NCBI GenBank assembly: GCA_963737905.1
Contig: CAVTUQ010000007.1
Span: 256,001 to 320,000 of the forward strand
Direction of reading: 5' to 3'
Source of the DNA: an uncultured delta proteobacterium
GTDB lineage: Bacteria; Desulfobacterota; Binatia; UBA9968
Length of the DNA: 64,000 nt
Part shown: piece by piece, positions 40,439-50,775 of the stretch
How positions within the stretch are numbered: the first letter of the stretch is position 1
Layout of the letters: each line of letters starts with the position of its first letter
Notes under the pieces: model-generated
The model's input: the letters and a program-made list of their open reading frames with translations, nothing else
Database searches by the model: none
Told to the model about the DNA's origin: nothing
Position numbers and translations under genes: made by a program

Positions 40439-42689
40439 TTGGCATTTCGCACCATAGGAAAGGCGCTGCCCCGCATCGAGGGCGAAGGGAAAGTCACCGG
40501 TCAAACCAAATACGCGGCGGATTTGCCGTTCGAAGATTTATTGTGGGCTAAGGTGCTGCGGGCTTCGGTGCCGCACGCGCGCATTGTTAAAGTCGATACT
40601 TCGAAGGCCAAAGCATTGAAGGGTGTCCGCGCTGTTCTCACCGGGGCGGATGTCAAAGACATTTTCGTTGGCACGCGGGTTAAAGACCAACCCGTGTTGG
40701 CTTATGACAAAGTGCGCATGTGCGGGGATGCGGTCGCGGCGGTGGCTGCCGACAGCGAAGCAATCGCCGATGAGGCGATCGGACTGATCGATTTCGAATA
40801 TGAGGAGCTACCCTACGTCGACGATCCCGTCGAAGCATTGAAGCCGACGGCGCCGCTGATCCACGAAGACCGGAACAAGTACAAGTATATTCCGAAACTG
40901 CCGGAAGGCATGTCAGGGCACAATCTGCAGTCTCACGTCGTATGGAAAAACGGCGATCTGGACGCGGGCTTCGCCAAAGCGGCGCGGATCTTCGAGCACA
41001 CATTTCGCACACCGCTCTCCCATCACGGCTACATCGAGCCCTGCGCCTGCACTGTGCAAGTGCACTCAGACGGACGCGTCGAAGTCTGGCCGTCGAATAA
41101 AGGGCCGTGGGGCTTGCGCGACCAGATGGCCGAAGACTTCGGTGTGCCCAAGGAAAAGATCAAGGTGCACATCGTTCACGTCGGCGGCGATTTCGGCGCC
41201 AAGGCGTCGTTGATCGATGTGCCCATCGCTTACTATCTATCGAAAGCAGCAGGGGGAAAGCCCGTTAAGCTCATTTTCGATTACACCGAAGAGCTTCTCG
41301 CCGGCGGTCACCGCCATCCGGCGGTACTTTCACTCAAAACCGGCGTCGCGGCGGACGGGACGTTCACCGCGATCAAAGCGGATATATATTTTAGCGGCGG
41401 CGCCTACGGCTCGCAGAAAGCCAACCCGCAAGTCACCGTGCTCGGAGGGCGGCGTTTGGCGAGCATGTATAGAGTGCCGGCGATTAGCTGCGAGACTTAT
41501 TGCTCATACACCAATCACGTTCCGTGCACCCAAACGCGCACGCCGGGCAGTCCGCAGGTCGTGTTCGCGTTCGAGTCGCAGGTGGACATTATCGCCAACG
41601 AGATGGGCATCGATGCACTCGAATTGCGCCGAAGAAATATTCTGCACGACGGCGATGCCAATCCCATGGGTGAAAAGTGGACCGATATTCTTATGGGGGA
41701 AGTGCTGGAACGCGTCGTCAAGACTTCCGGCTGGAAGAAGAGTGGATCGAAGAAAAACCGCGGCTGGGGCATGGCGCTCTATGACCGCGGCACGCCGGAA
41801 GGGAAAGCGAGCTCGGCATTGACGCTGGAGGCCGATGGCAAGATCAACATCCTCACCGGCGTGCCCGATGTCGGCCCCGGATACTATACCGTCAGCCAGC
41901 AGATGGTCTGTGAAACGCTCGGGCTGCCGCCGGAGAAAGTTGGGCGTGGTTTTCAAAGACACCGATAGCTTGCCTTTCGATCCCGGCACGGGCGGCAGCA
42001 AACAGACGAATACTTCCGGTCACGCGGTCAACCAATCGGCCGATGAGGTGCGCGAGAAGCTGATCAATTTGGCGGCGCGGGAGTTGGGCTGTCAGCCGGA
42101 GGAGATTCGGCAGCAGGGCGGCAAGCTCACGGCGCCCAACAAGAAGTCGACGACGACGCAAAAGATGATCGAGCTGGCCGTGAAAGAAAACGGTGGCCCC
42201 GTCTTTCACCTGACCAATTTTGTCCCCAAGGACATGCCGAAGGTCACCGGATTCGCCGCGCAAGTGGCTGAGGTGGAAGTTGATCCGACTACCGGCGGCG
42301 TGCGGGTTTTAAACTTGACGACGGCGCACGACACCGGCACAGTGCTCAATCATCTCACCCTGACCGGTCAGATCGAAGGAGGTGTTGTCACCGGGTTCGG
42401 CTTTGCATTAATGGAAGAAAATCCAATGATTGACGGCAAGATCGCGACATTAACTTTAGGTGAGTCGAAGTTGCCGTGCATCGCCGACGTGCCGCCGTTG
42501 AAGACTGTATTGGTCGAGAGCCCCACCGGCCCGACGCCATTCGGGGGCAAGGCCATCGCCGAGAATCCCAACGTGCCGACGGCGGCGGCGATAGCCAATG
42601 CCATCGCCGATGCCTGCGGCGTGAGGCTGTTCGATCTCCCGCTGACAGCGGAGAAAATTTACTGGGCGTTGCAGCAGAAGAGAAATTGA
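40439..42689 (+). CDS. Xanthine dehydrogenase family molybdopterin-binding large subunit (frameshift near 41940)
   Basis: 'KVTGQTKYAAD', 'GGDFGAK', 'RTPGSPQ'; continues in ORF 41835-42689 ('GQIEGG', 'GPTPFGGKAIAE'). Confidence 0.88.
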
Positions 42690-42781
42690 CCGTCAACAAC
42701 GCAGAGTACGCAAAGTAACGATTTACCACGAAGTGATTCATGATCTTACGCTCGCCCACAGAAGATGAAAATGGAAAGCTT

Positions 42782-42878
42782 CGTCATGCCGGCATGGATG
42801 GCCGGCATCCAGGTGCGTAGGATGCGTCCGGAGACATCCATGTCGGCCTGGATTCCAGCGCTCCATGCTGGAATGACG
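42782..42878. repeat. REP/MITE-like inverted repeat (CGTCATGCCGGC...GCTGGAATGACG) within a ~370-bp repeat-rich spacer
   Basis: Imperfect 32-bp arms at 42782-42813 and 42847-42878; a CCCTGAG..GCCGAAGGG motif lies near 42995-43015. Confidence 0.7.
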
Positions 42879-43061
42879 GAATCTAGGAGTCGTACTGAGA
42901 CTGACCCAGGCCCTCCACCCCTCGTATTTTCAAAGGAGGACGCGAAGATCACGAAGTTTAAGATGATTGATCTCCGAAACTTGTCCGGAGCCTGCCCTGA
43001 GTCCGGCCGAAGGGTTCGCTTCGTGGTGCGCATGCTGTTTGCCCAGTGGAGACTTGATTCG

Positions 43062-44196
43062 ATGAAATTTGTCTTTGGCGTGCTCTTTTTGGTTTGCCAG
43101 CGTCATTGATCCTATCCGACCCATTCTTGCCGCCGAGTCCAAAGCATCATGGCAAGCCGAGTGGGACCAGACGGTGCGTGCGGCTGAGCAGGAAGGACAG
43201 GTCATGGTCTCGATCGGCGGTTACGGAGCTATTATCGATTCGGGGGTATTTCAAAAAACTTACCCCAAGATCAAAATAACTCACATTACCGGTGCCGGAA
43301 CCAACCTTACCCAGCGTATTTCGGCGGAGCGGCGCGCCGGCAAATATCTTCTCGACGTTTACAACGGTGGTGGAAATTCGCTGTTTCAGGTTCTTTATCA
43401 GGGAAAAATGCTCGACCCGATTAAGTCGGCGTTGATCCTGCCGGACGTGACGGATGCATCAAAATGGTGGGAGGGCAAACAGAAGTACGCGGACAAAGAA
43501 GGTCAATATATTTTCGTCTACGAGGGCAACGTATCAGCCGGCGCGGGCGCTTCTTATAACACCCAGTTGCTTGATCCGCGCGAGTACAAGAGCTACTGGG
43601 ATTTGCTCAATCCCAAACTGAAGGGAAAGATCCTTTCCACCGACATTCGCAAAGTGCGCGGCGCAGGTATTCCCTGGCAGTTTCTTTATTACTCCTCCGA
43701 ACTAGGTCCCAAATATCTCCGCCGTCTGTTTGGCGAGATGGAGGTCACTTTAACCGCCGATCTTCGTCAAGCCATCGACTGGCTCGGCACGGGGAAATTC
43801 GCCGTGGCTATGCCGATACAAGGTGGAACGGTCTATAAAGCAAAAAACCAGGGTTTGCCGGTGGATGAGTTCAGCCCCTACCACTTCAAGGAAGGCGTCA
43901 ATTTGTCGTCGGCATTTGGCTCGCTTGCGTTGATGAATCGCGCGCCGCATCCGAAGGCGGCCAAAGTTTTTATCAACTGGCTGTTGTCGCCCGAAGGCCA
44001 GACGCTATTTCAAAAAGTAATATCGCAGCCCGGCGATCCAAGAAATTCGCGCCGAATCGATGTTCCCAAGGACCATATCCCACCCGACGAGCAGCGCCGC
44101 GACAAGATGAGTTATTTCGACACCGACGATCCCGACACCAAAGATCTCAATCCGGTGATGAAGTTACTGGATGAAATCTTGGCGGAAAAAAAGTAA
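43062..44196 (+). CDS. ABC transporter extracellular solute-binding protein (frameshift in the signal peptide)
   Basis: 'AAEQEGQV', 'ERRAGKY', 'DLLNPKLKGKI', 'APHPKAAKVFINWLLS'; paralog of 460-1623. Confidence 0.83.
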
Positions 44197-44214
44197 CCCA
44201 ACGTTGAGCAAGGA

Positions 44215-44239
44215 GGACGGGTTTGAAACCCGTCCCTAC
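44215..44239. repeat. GTAG-type REP hairpin
   Basis: GGACGGGTTT-g-AAACCCGTCC-CTAC; another copy of this type at 60861-60885. Confidence 0.7.
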
Positions 44240-44331
44240 GAGCGCAAGGTATGTCCTGAAGACCCGCCCGACTAGCGGCGCATCGATTCTTTACCAGAGA
44301 GCGACCGAGAAGCGAGCCGCTCCGGTCGCGG

Positions 44332-45399
44332 CTAGCGTGGCGGCAAGGGGTCGGCCGCGTTGATCTTCTTGAATAGCTCGACGATTGCCGGATCTCTGGG
44401 AAGTTCTTTAATGAGTCCTTCCATCTCCTCCGGCATGACCGGGGTGGGTTCCTCGCCCACGAGCTTCCTATACTCCTTATGAAACTCCGGATCCTTGAAG
44501 GTTTTGACCATGGCTTCTTCGAGAACCTTTACCCGTTCGGGCTGCGTCCCGGGAGGGAGTATGTAAGGCGATCCGACCTGGCGAAAATCTCTCACCATGC
44601 GCAACAATCGACGTTCCCTTTCGGTTCTAGCAAAGTCCTCGAACTCCGGCAGCCGCTCGAACCCAGCCTGCTTAAGTCCTTTCGGGACTTCCATGATGGC
44701 ATGGAGATCTATGGCGCCTTTTGCTATCGCCTCGGCGTTTCGTCGCAGCAAGGTATCGGCGTTATTGATACGGCCATCCAATTCCCCTCTGGCCAATGCG
44801 ATATCTAGCTCGCTGCCGGAATAGCCGACGACGAAATTCGGCGACTTGAGCCCGATCAAATAGGCAAACAACCGGCCCACGAAATAGTTGGAATGCCCCA
44901 CCGCCTGGGCGCCGATTCTAACGCCGGAGGCCGAACGCAAGGCTTCCAGACTTTTGAGACCCGCATCGCCTCTGGTTATAAAGACCCAGTGGTAGGTGCT
45001 GTGGGAGGAGCCCAGATAGACGAACTTGTTGAGATCGTAGCGCACACCTGCTTCTCGCAGAACCGCGTTGGCTACCAGGCCACCGCCGATGCGGCCCATC
45101 GTAAGACCGTCCGGCCGCACGTTGCTGAATATATGGTTGGCAGCTTTCGTTCCCCCACCTCCCGGCATAAACTCGAACTTAATGGTCGGCTCGCCGGGGA
45201 TATGTTTCTTCAAGAAAGGGACGATAGCCCGTGTCATTGTGTCCGAAGTATCACCTGCCTGGGTAGATTGAAGGAGTGTGATCGTCTTTCCCTGATAAAA
45301 GGAAGTTTGCGAAAACGCCGGCACCGGAAAAAGAGACAACAACCCTATGAGTATAGCAAGAATCTCGAGGCGCTGCGTTTTAGATTCCATCGACTTCAT
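44332..45399 (-). CDS. Bug/TctC-family substrate-binding protein
   Basis: 'FYQGKTITL', 'KHIPGEP', 'MPGGGG', 'PDGLT', 'RGELDG'. Confidence 0.82.
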   Translation of the reverse strand: MKSMESKTQRLEILAILIGLLSLFPVPAFSQTSFYQGKTITLLQSTQAGDTSDTMTRAIVPFLKKHIPGEPTIKFEFMPGGGGTKAANHIFSNVRPDGLTMGRIGGGLVANAVLREAGVRYDLNKFVYLGSSHSTYHWVFITRGDAGLKSLEALRSASGVRIGAQAVGHSNYFVGRLFAYLIGLKSPNFVVGYSGSELDIALARGELDGRINNADTLLRRNAEAIAKGAIDLHAIMEVPKGLKQAGFERLPEFEDFARTERERRLLRMVRDFRQVGSPYILPPGTQPERVKVLEEAMVKTFKDPEFHKEYRKLVGEEPTPVMPEEMEGLIKELPRDPAIVELFKKINAADPLPPR

Positions 45400-45681
45400 T
45401 CCTAATCTCCTTCGAGCACAGAGCATCTTACGTTTCTATGAGCTGTCCTTCGGCGGGCAAAGTGCTTTTTTCCAGCGCATAAAACTTGTGTCATATCACC
45501 ATTAGATACTCTACCCCGGGGCCAGAAGAAAGCTAAACCATAAGGCAGGCGCCATCGCCGAGTTGCCCAATTGACTCAGGACAATGACAATTTCAGGAAG
45601 ATCAACCCGACAAGTAATTGCAATGTGACTCGAAGACTGAAGCGGAGAGAACCGGGCGAAGTTGACGTTGCTTACGGCTCG

Positions 45682-45870
45682 TTAGTCGCGCGGCTGGTGC
45701 TCTGAAGTCGAGCCCTTAACCTCTTCGCTGCGCAATCCGAGTTTCTGGGCTTGCACATGGCAAAGATGACAAACGATAAGATCAAGCAAGACGATGCCGG
45801 ACTCTTCGCTTATAACCCGATGCGGTGAATCGGTAAAAGGTGCGCCGCAATGTTGGCAGATCCATCCCAT
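45682..45870 (-). CDS. 62-aa putative zinc-binding microprotein (CQHC...CHLC), paralog of 20696-20917
   Basis: MGWICQHCGAPFTDSPHRVISEESGIVLLDLIVCHLCHVQA aligns without gaps to the paralog. Confidence 0.72.
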   Translation of the reverse strand: MGWICQHCGAPFTDSPHRVISEESGIVLLDLIVCHLCHVQAQKLGLRSEEVKGSTSEHQPRD

Positions 45871-45882
45871 ACTCCAAGGTGG

Positions 45883-45898
45883 AGCAAAGGATATGCCA
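45883..45898 (-). promoter_or_regulatory. Sigma-54 (-24/-12) promoter TGGCATATCCTTTGCT
   Basis: Fits TGGCAC-N5-TTGCW with one mismatch; ends 12 nt before ATG 45870. Confidence 0.75.
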
Positions 45899-46116
45899 TT
45901 CCAGCCGGCATAAGGGTTCTCTGTCCGAGAGGGTTACAAGTGTAAGGTTTAGATACTCTTTGGCTCGCTTGTAATCTCGATGAAGGCTTTGTTTGAAAAA
46001 TGGGTGTGGTCATTGGGCATACAACTGTTGGAGGAAAATCCATCAACAGAGGGCTTGAGGCAACCCAACCGGGTCGTCATTGCCGCCACAATCATCGCCC
46101 ATGCCCACCACGCTGT

Positions 46117-48345
46117 TTAGGCCTTTTGCAAAGCCGCATAAATCTTCTCCGACGTAAGCGGCAGGTCATACAACCGCACGCCGACGGCGTCTTCGATCGC
46201 ATTGGCGATAGCGGCTGCTGTTGGGACGTTGGGAATTTCAGCGATCGCCTTGCCTTGATACGGAGTTGGTCCGGTGGCGTCTTCCATTAACACGGTCGTT
46301 AACTTTGGCAGGTCCGTTATCGTCGGCATTTTGAACTCGCCGAGGTTGGCGGTAGACATCTTGCCATCGACCAACGAGCTGTCTTCCATGAGCGCGAAGC
46401 CGAGACCGGTGACAACGCCGCCGTCGATTTGCCCTTGGTAGCTCAAGTGATTCAACACGGTGCCCGAATCATGGACCGTTGTCAGTTTCTTCACCTTTAC
46501 TTGACCGGTTCCGGGATCAACCTCGACTTCCGCCACTTGCGCGGCGAATGAAGTAATTGCCGCGCGCGCGGGCTCGTAGACGCTCAGGTGCGTTATGGCT
46601 CCGCGGTTTTGTTCGACGGCGAGGCGCATGAGGTCGGCGAATGCCAACGCTTTCTGTCCGAGAGCGGCATAGCGGCCTTTCACTTCCCGTAAATCTTCGG
46701 GCTTGCAGCCTAGTCGAGCTGCGGCTAAGGTGACGATTTTTTCTTTGACTTCAGAGACTGCCTGATAGGCCGCGGTGCCGACGCTGTTGGTCGACTTGCT
46801 TCCTCCGGTACCAGAGTCGTAAGGCGAGCTCTCGGTATCTTCCACGCGGATGTTAACCCGTTCCCGTGGCAGATCGAGCATTTCGCCGACGATCTGTTGT
46901 ACGACGGTGTGGATGCCGGGGCCGACATCGGGCACACCTAAGTTTACGGTCACGTTACCGTCGGATTCAAAGGTGATCGCCGCGCCGGAACGGCCTGCGC
47001 CCGAGGGCCGTTCGTAAACGGCGACTCCGCGGCCAATATTCTTCACCTTAGGCTTCTTCCAGCCGGAAACATCGAGGGCTTTCTTAAGAGTTTCCTTGAC
47101 GACGATGCCTTTTAGTTTCTGGCCAAAGGGTGTTGCGTCGCCGTCGTTTAGCAGATTCTTCATGCGAAACGCGACCGGGTCCGTGCCCAGCTCGCGAGCG
47201 ATAATATCGATCTGCGATTCCATCGCAAAAGTCGTCTGCGGGCTTCCCGGGGTGCGCGTCTGCGTGCAGGGAACTTGATTGGTGTAAGCACAGATCGTTT
47301 CCACTTGGATCGCGGGAATTCGATAGTAGCTGGCCACGCGGCGCGGTCCTTGCACGGTCACTTCGGCGTTGGCTTTGAGTGCGGCGTAGCCGCCGCCGCT
47401 GAACACGGCGCGCGCATGCAATGCGCAGAGCTTTCCATCGGCATCGACGGCAGTGCGGAGCGTGATAACGGCAGGATGGCGATGCGAACAGGCAGCTAGC
47501 TCTTCCGTATAGTCGAGTACCATCTTGACCGGTTTGCCGGTTCGGGCTGCTAAAAAATAGCAGACCGGGACGTCGATGACCGAAGTCTTGCCGCCGAAGT
47601 CGCCGCCTACAGGTAGGATATGCACTTTGATTTTTTTCGGGTCGAGATCTAAGTCCCGCGCCACGCGATCGCGCAATGTGAAGGGCGCTTTGTTCGACGC
47701 CCAGATCTCGATCTGATTGTCATCGTTGATTCTGACGGTGCACGCGTGCGGTTCGATGTAGGCATGAAAACCGAGCGGTGTACGAAACGTATGCTCGAAC
47801 ACACGCGAAGCCTTTTTGAATCCCGCCTCGACGTCTCCATTGTTCCATCGGCCGTAGGATTGAATGTTCGGCAGCTCCGTAGCGCGCTCGGGAGCGTTCC
47901 TATAGGCGCCGGGGTTTTCGTGTAGGATGGGCGCTCCCGGGCGGATCGCTTCAACCGGGTCGGTGACATACGGCAGATCTTGGTACTGAACGTCGATTAA
48001 GTTCAACGCCTCCTCGGCGATTTCAGCGCTATCGGCGGCCACCGCGGCCACAGGCTCCCCCACATATCGGACCCGATCGCGGGCGAGCACCGGCATGTCT
48101 TTCATTCTTAAACCCGTAAGAATCGGGGGTATATCGGCGGCGGTGATCACCGCGCGCACGCCCCGCAGTTGCGTTGCCTTCGAGCTATCGATTTTGAGCA
48201 CCCGCGCATGGGGCAGGGGACTGCGCAAGAGCTTCGCCCAAAGCGCGTCCGGGATATCGACGTCCGCGGCATAGCGCGTCTTGCCGCTTACTTTCTCCGC
48301 TCCTTCGAGCCGCGGGACAGACTTGCCGACAAACTTATAAGCCAT
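46117..48345 (-). CDS. Xanthine dehydrogenase family molybdopterin-binding large subunit
   Basis: Intact 742 aa; 'KVSGKTRYAAD', 'GGDFGGK', 'RTPGSPQ', 'GQIDGG'; close paralog of 40439-42689. Confidence 0.92.
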   Translation of the reverse strand: MAYKFVGKSVPRLEGAEKVSGKTRYAADVDIPDALWAKLLRSPLPHARVLKIDSSKATQLRGVRAVITAADIPPILTGLRMKDMPVLARDRVRYVGEPVAAVAADSAEIAEEALNLIDVQYQDLPYVTDPVEAIRPGAPILHENPGAYRNAPERATELPNIQSYGRWNNGDVEAGFKKASRVFEHTFRTPLGFHAYIEPHACTVRINDDNQIEIWASNKAPFTLRDRVARDLDLDPKKIKVHILPVGGDFGGKTSVIDVPVCYFLAARTGKPVKMVLDYTEELAACSHRHPAVITLRTAVDADGKLCALHARAVFSGGGYAALKANAEVTVQGPRRVASYYRIPAIQVETICAYTNQVPCTQTRTPGSPQTTFAMESQIDIIARELGTDPVAFRMKNLLNDGDATPFGQKLKGIVVKETLKKALDVSGWKKPKVKNIGRGVAVYERPSGAGRSGAAITFESDGNVTVNLGVPDVGPGIHTVVQQIVGEMLDLPRERVNIRVEDTESSPYDSGTGGSKSTNSVGTAAYQAVSEVKEKIVTLAAARLGCKPEDLREVKGRYAALGQKALAFADLMRLAVEQNRGAITHLSVYEPARAAITSFAAQVAEVEVDPGTGQVKVKKLTTVHDSGTVLNHLSYQGQIDGGVVTGLGFALMEDSSLVDGKMSTANLGEFKMPTITDLPKLTTVLMEDATGPTPYQGKAIAEIPNVPTAAAIANAIEDAVGVRLYDLPLTSEKIYAALQKA

Positions 48346-48376
48346 CTATCTCTCCTCCGATTGAAACACTTGTCGA

Positions 48377-48430
48377 AGATCGAAGATGGAGGATGGAAGA
48401 TGGCGATCCTCAATCCTCTATCCTCGATTG
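48377..48430. repeat. Inverted heptamer arrays (GATGGAG / CCTCNAT)
   Basis: gatcgaagatggaggatggaagatggcg-atcctcaatcctctatcctcgat. Confidence 0.65.
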
Positions 48431-48439
48431 GGCTTTGTC

Positions 48440-49420
48440 CTATATCTTGACCTTTGTGAATACCCGCAACGGGTTTTTTTGGAATATTTTCAATTTGTCT
48501 TCGGGGGTCAAAAACTCCAGGCTATCGATCACCGGTACCAGGTCGTCCGACGGCCTTCCCGTTTCCGGACGAACCGCGCCGCCGGAACCCGGGGATTCCG
48601 TGCCAAAAAGCATCTGATCTACGCCGCGTTGCTTGATCGCGGCCGTCAGGAAATCAACGTCGTAAGCGCAGCAATCGTAAAACAGGTTCTTGCTCAGATC
48701 TTTTTGCGCGATGTGATGATCCGTAGGAATAAACCGATTGAGACCGCCGCCGCAGTGGCAGACGACGACTTTTAGTTTCGGAAAGGTTTCAAATACTTTG
48801 CCGTGAGAAAGGAGCTGCATCGCGACAAACTCTTCCAGATAGTTGTTCATCTGATAGTTCGCCGGAATGATCTCCAACCGGTGGTCATAGGTGATCGAAG
48901 GATGGACCATCAAGGGGACGTCTAGTTGCTGCGCTTTTTCGTAAAGCGGATACCAGTACTCTTCGTGCACGCCGGGGGTTTGTTTGTCGCCTGCAGGATC
49001 AGGGTTTAAGTATGCGCCGACGAACCCCAGTTCCTTGATGCAGCGTTCGAGCTCGGCGACGCAGTTGCGGGTGTCCCTTTCCTTGCTTTGGGGTAATTGC
49101 GCCATGCCGCGAAACCGATCGGGATGGAGCTTGACGATACGGGCGATGACGTCGTTGGCCGTGCGGCACCAAAACTCTTGAAGAAATGGGCGCATCCAAT
49201 GCCACATGGCAATCGGCCGCGGCCCAATAAACTGGACATCGACATTTCTGTCGTCCATAAATTTGAGATGACGCTGCTGGGCATTCTCGAGCTGTTCGTC
49301 CGTCATCTCCAGTTTTCGACCCGCCGTGTTCTGCGCCACGGTTTCTGCCAGGAACTGGCGAAAGGGAGCCGGTGTGGTCATGTGTCCGTGAACGTCGACG
49401 ACTTTTTGGCCGTTATGCAT
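48440..49420 (-). CDS. Amidohydrolase family protein, LigJ (4-oxalomesaconate hydratase)-like
   Basis: 'VDVHGHMTTP', 'QLPQS', 'ELGFVG..LNPDP', 'WYPLYEK', 'FGTE.PG'. Confidence 0.8.
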   Translation of the reverse strand: MHNGQKVVDVHGHMTTPAPFRQFLAETVAQNTAGRKLEMTDEQLENAQQRHLKFMDDRNVDVQFIGPRPIAMWHWMRPFLQEFWCRTANDVIARIVKLHPDRFRGMAQLPQSKERDTRNCVAELERCIKELGFVGAYLNPDPAGDKQTPGVHEEYWYPLYEKAQQLDVPLMVHPSITYDHRLEIIPANYQMNNYLEEFVAMQLLSHGKVFETFPKLKVVVCHCGGGLNRFIPTDHHIAQKDLSKNLFYDCCAYDVDFLTAAIKQRGVDQMLFGTESPGSGGAVRPETGRPSDDLVPVIDSLEFLTPEDKLKIFQKNPLRVFTKVKI

Positions 49421-49521
49421 AAGAAACTCCTTCCCTCTATTGGTTCAACGTTCAAGAGTTCAATGTTCAATGCCCTCTCCCCGCCTTTGAGCCTTGAACT
49501 TTGAACCTTGAACTCGTTCTT

Positions 49522-50751
49522 TTAATCTTCCTCCGGAGCCGGGACTTGATGAGACAAGAAAATTTCTTTTCTTTCTTTCGCGGACTGCATGATGGCCAGG
49601 CACGCTTCCAAGGTCGCCATGCCCCAAAGGCCGCTGTGGCGAATCGGTTTATCGAGAACTACGGCGTTGTACAGTTCTTCCAATTCTCCGCGCCGGGAGG
49701 GACCGCCGCCTATCAGTGGAATGTCACTAGTTCCCTCGTCGCTGTGAACGTAAAGTCCGAACTGCGACTGGCGGATATCGCCTCTTTCACAGGTCGCGAT
49801 TAATATTCCCAGATCGTTGGGAAGCCACGGCCTGGGTTTACTACGGTCACGAATATCACTTTCCCGCGAGCCGCCGATCCGCATTTCATCCTTGTCGGCG
49901 TTTTCGTTTCGGGTACCGTCCAACAGCGATTTGCGAATCGCGGCGCGCTCAGCTTCGGAATAGCGGCTGTTTTGATTGCCCCACGGCACGAGCTCCGACG
50001 CCAGAAAATAGCCGTAGCCGTTATGCATGAGTGTGGCCGGCGTGCCGTCCTCGAATTCCATGAAAGCGGAGTAATAACCAGGGATCGGCCGCCCGGCAAA
50101 CCACTGCCCCACCGTCCCGCGAACGCTTCGCACCATGCCGCCGCCAAGCAGACGGAGTGTATCGATCTGATGCGGGCCCTGGCGGTAGGGGATGCCGCCG
50201 CCTTGGTTGATATCCAGCTCTTCCGCGGTCCGTGGTCGCAACATCCAGTCCGTATAGGCCCACACGTGAAGAGCACAAAGTTTGCCCAGTTCACCAGAGC
50301 GCATGATCTTTTGCATGGTCCGGATATGTGGTCCGTAGCTTTGCGTGTGGCCGCACAGGAGCTTGACTTTGTTCTTCTCCACCGCTTCGATCATCTTTTC
50401 CGCTTCCGCGAGCGAGATCGCCATGGGCTTTTCCACGACTACGTGCTTGCCGTGTTCAGCCGCCATGATCGTGTGCGGCGCGTGGAACTTATTGGGCGTC
50501 GAAACCCAAACGGCTTCGACATTTGGATCAGTACAAAGTTTCTCTATGCTGTCGTAGGTCTTGGCGCCGTACCGGTGTTCAAACGTATTCAATACCCGCC
50601 GGTTTATATCGGCCGCTGCCACGAGCTGGATATCGGGCATGGCTTCCATCTGCGGCAAGATCTCCGAGGCGCCGACGCCGATACCGACAATACCAAGCCT
50701 AAGCCGGCGGTTAACGGGTTGGTCCGTGTTTACTTCTTCTGCCATCGCCAA
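49522..50751 (-). CDS. Gfo/Idh/MocA oxidoreductase (phthalate cis-4,5-dihydrodiol dehydrogenase-like)
   Basis: 'GKHVVVEKPMA', 'YTDWMLRPR..EELD..QGGG...QGPHQID', 'CERGDIR'. Confidence 0.82.
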   Translation of the reverse strand: MAMAEEVNTDQPVNRRLRLGIVGIGVGASEILPQMEAMPDIQLVAAADINRRVLNTFEHRYGAKTYDSIEKLCTDPNVEAVWVSTPNKFHAPHTIMAAEHGKHVVVEKPMAISLAEAEKMIEAVEKNKVKLLCGHTQSYGPHIRTMQKIMRSGELGKLCALHVWAYTDWMLRPRTAEELDINQGGGIPYRQGPHQIDTLRLLGGGMVRSVRGTVGQWFAGRPIPGYYSAFMEFEDGTPATLMHNGYGYFLASELVPWGNQNSRYSEAERAAIRKSLLDGTRNENADKDEMRIGGSRESDIRDRSKPRPWLPNDLGILIATCERGDIRQSQFGLYVHSDEGTSDIPLIGGGPSRRGELEELYNAVVLDKPIRHSGLWGMATLEACLAIMQSAKERKEIFLSHQVPAPEED

Positions 50752-50775
50752 TCTCCCTTTTACTATGAACCACCC

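Noticed and set aside
42746-43205. ORFs of 91-114 aa in the repeat spacer
   Set aside because: They are translations of palindromic repeat DNA.
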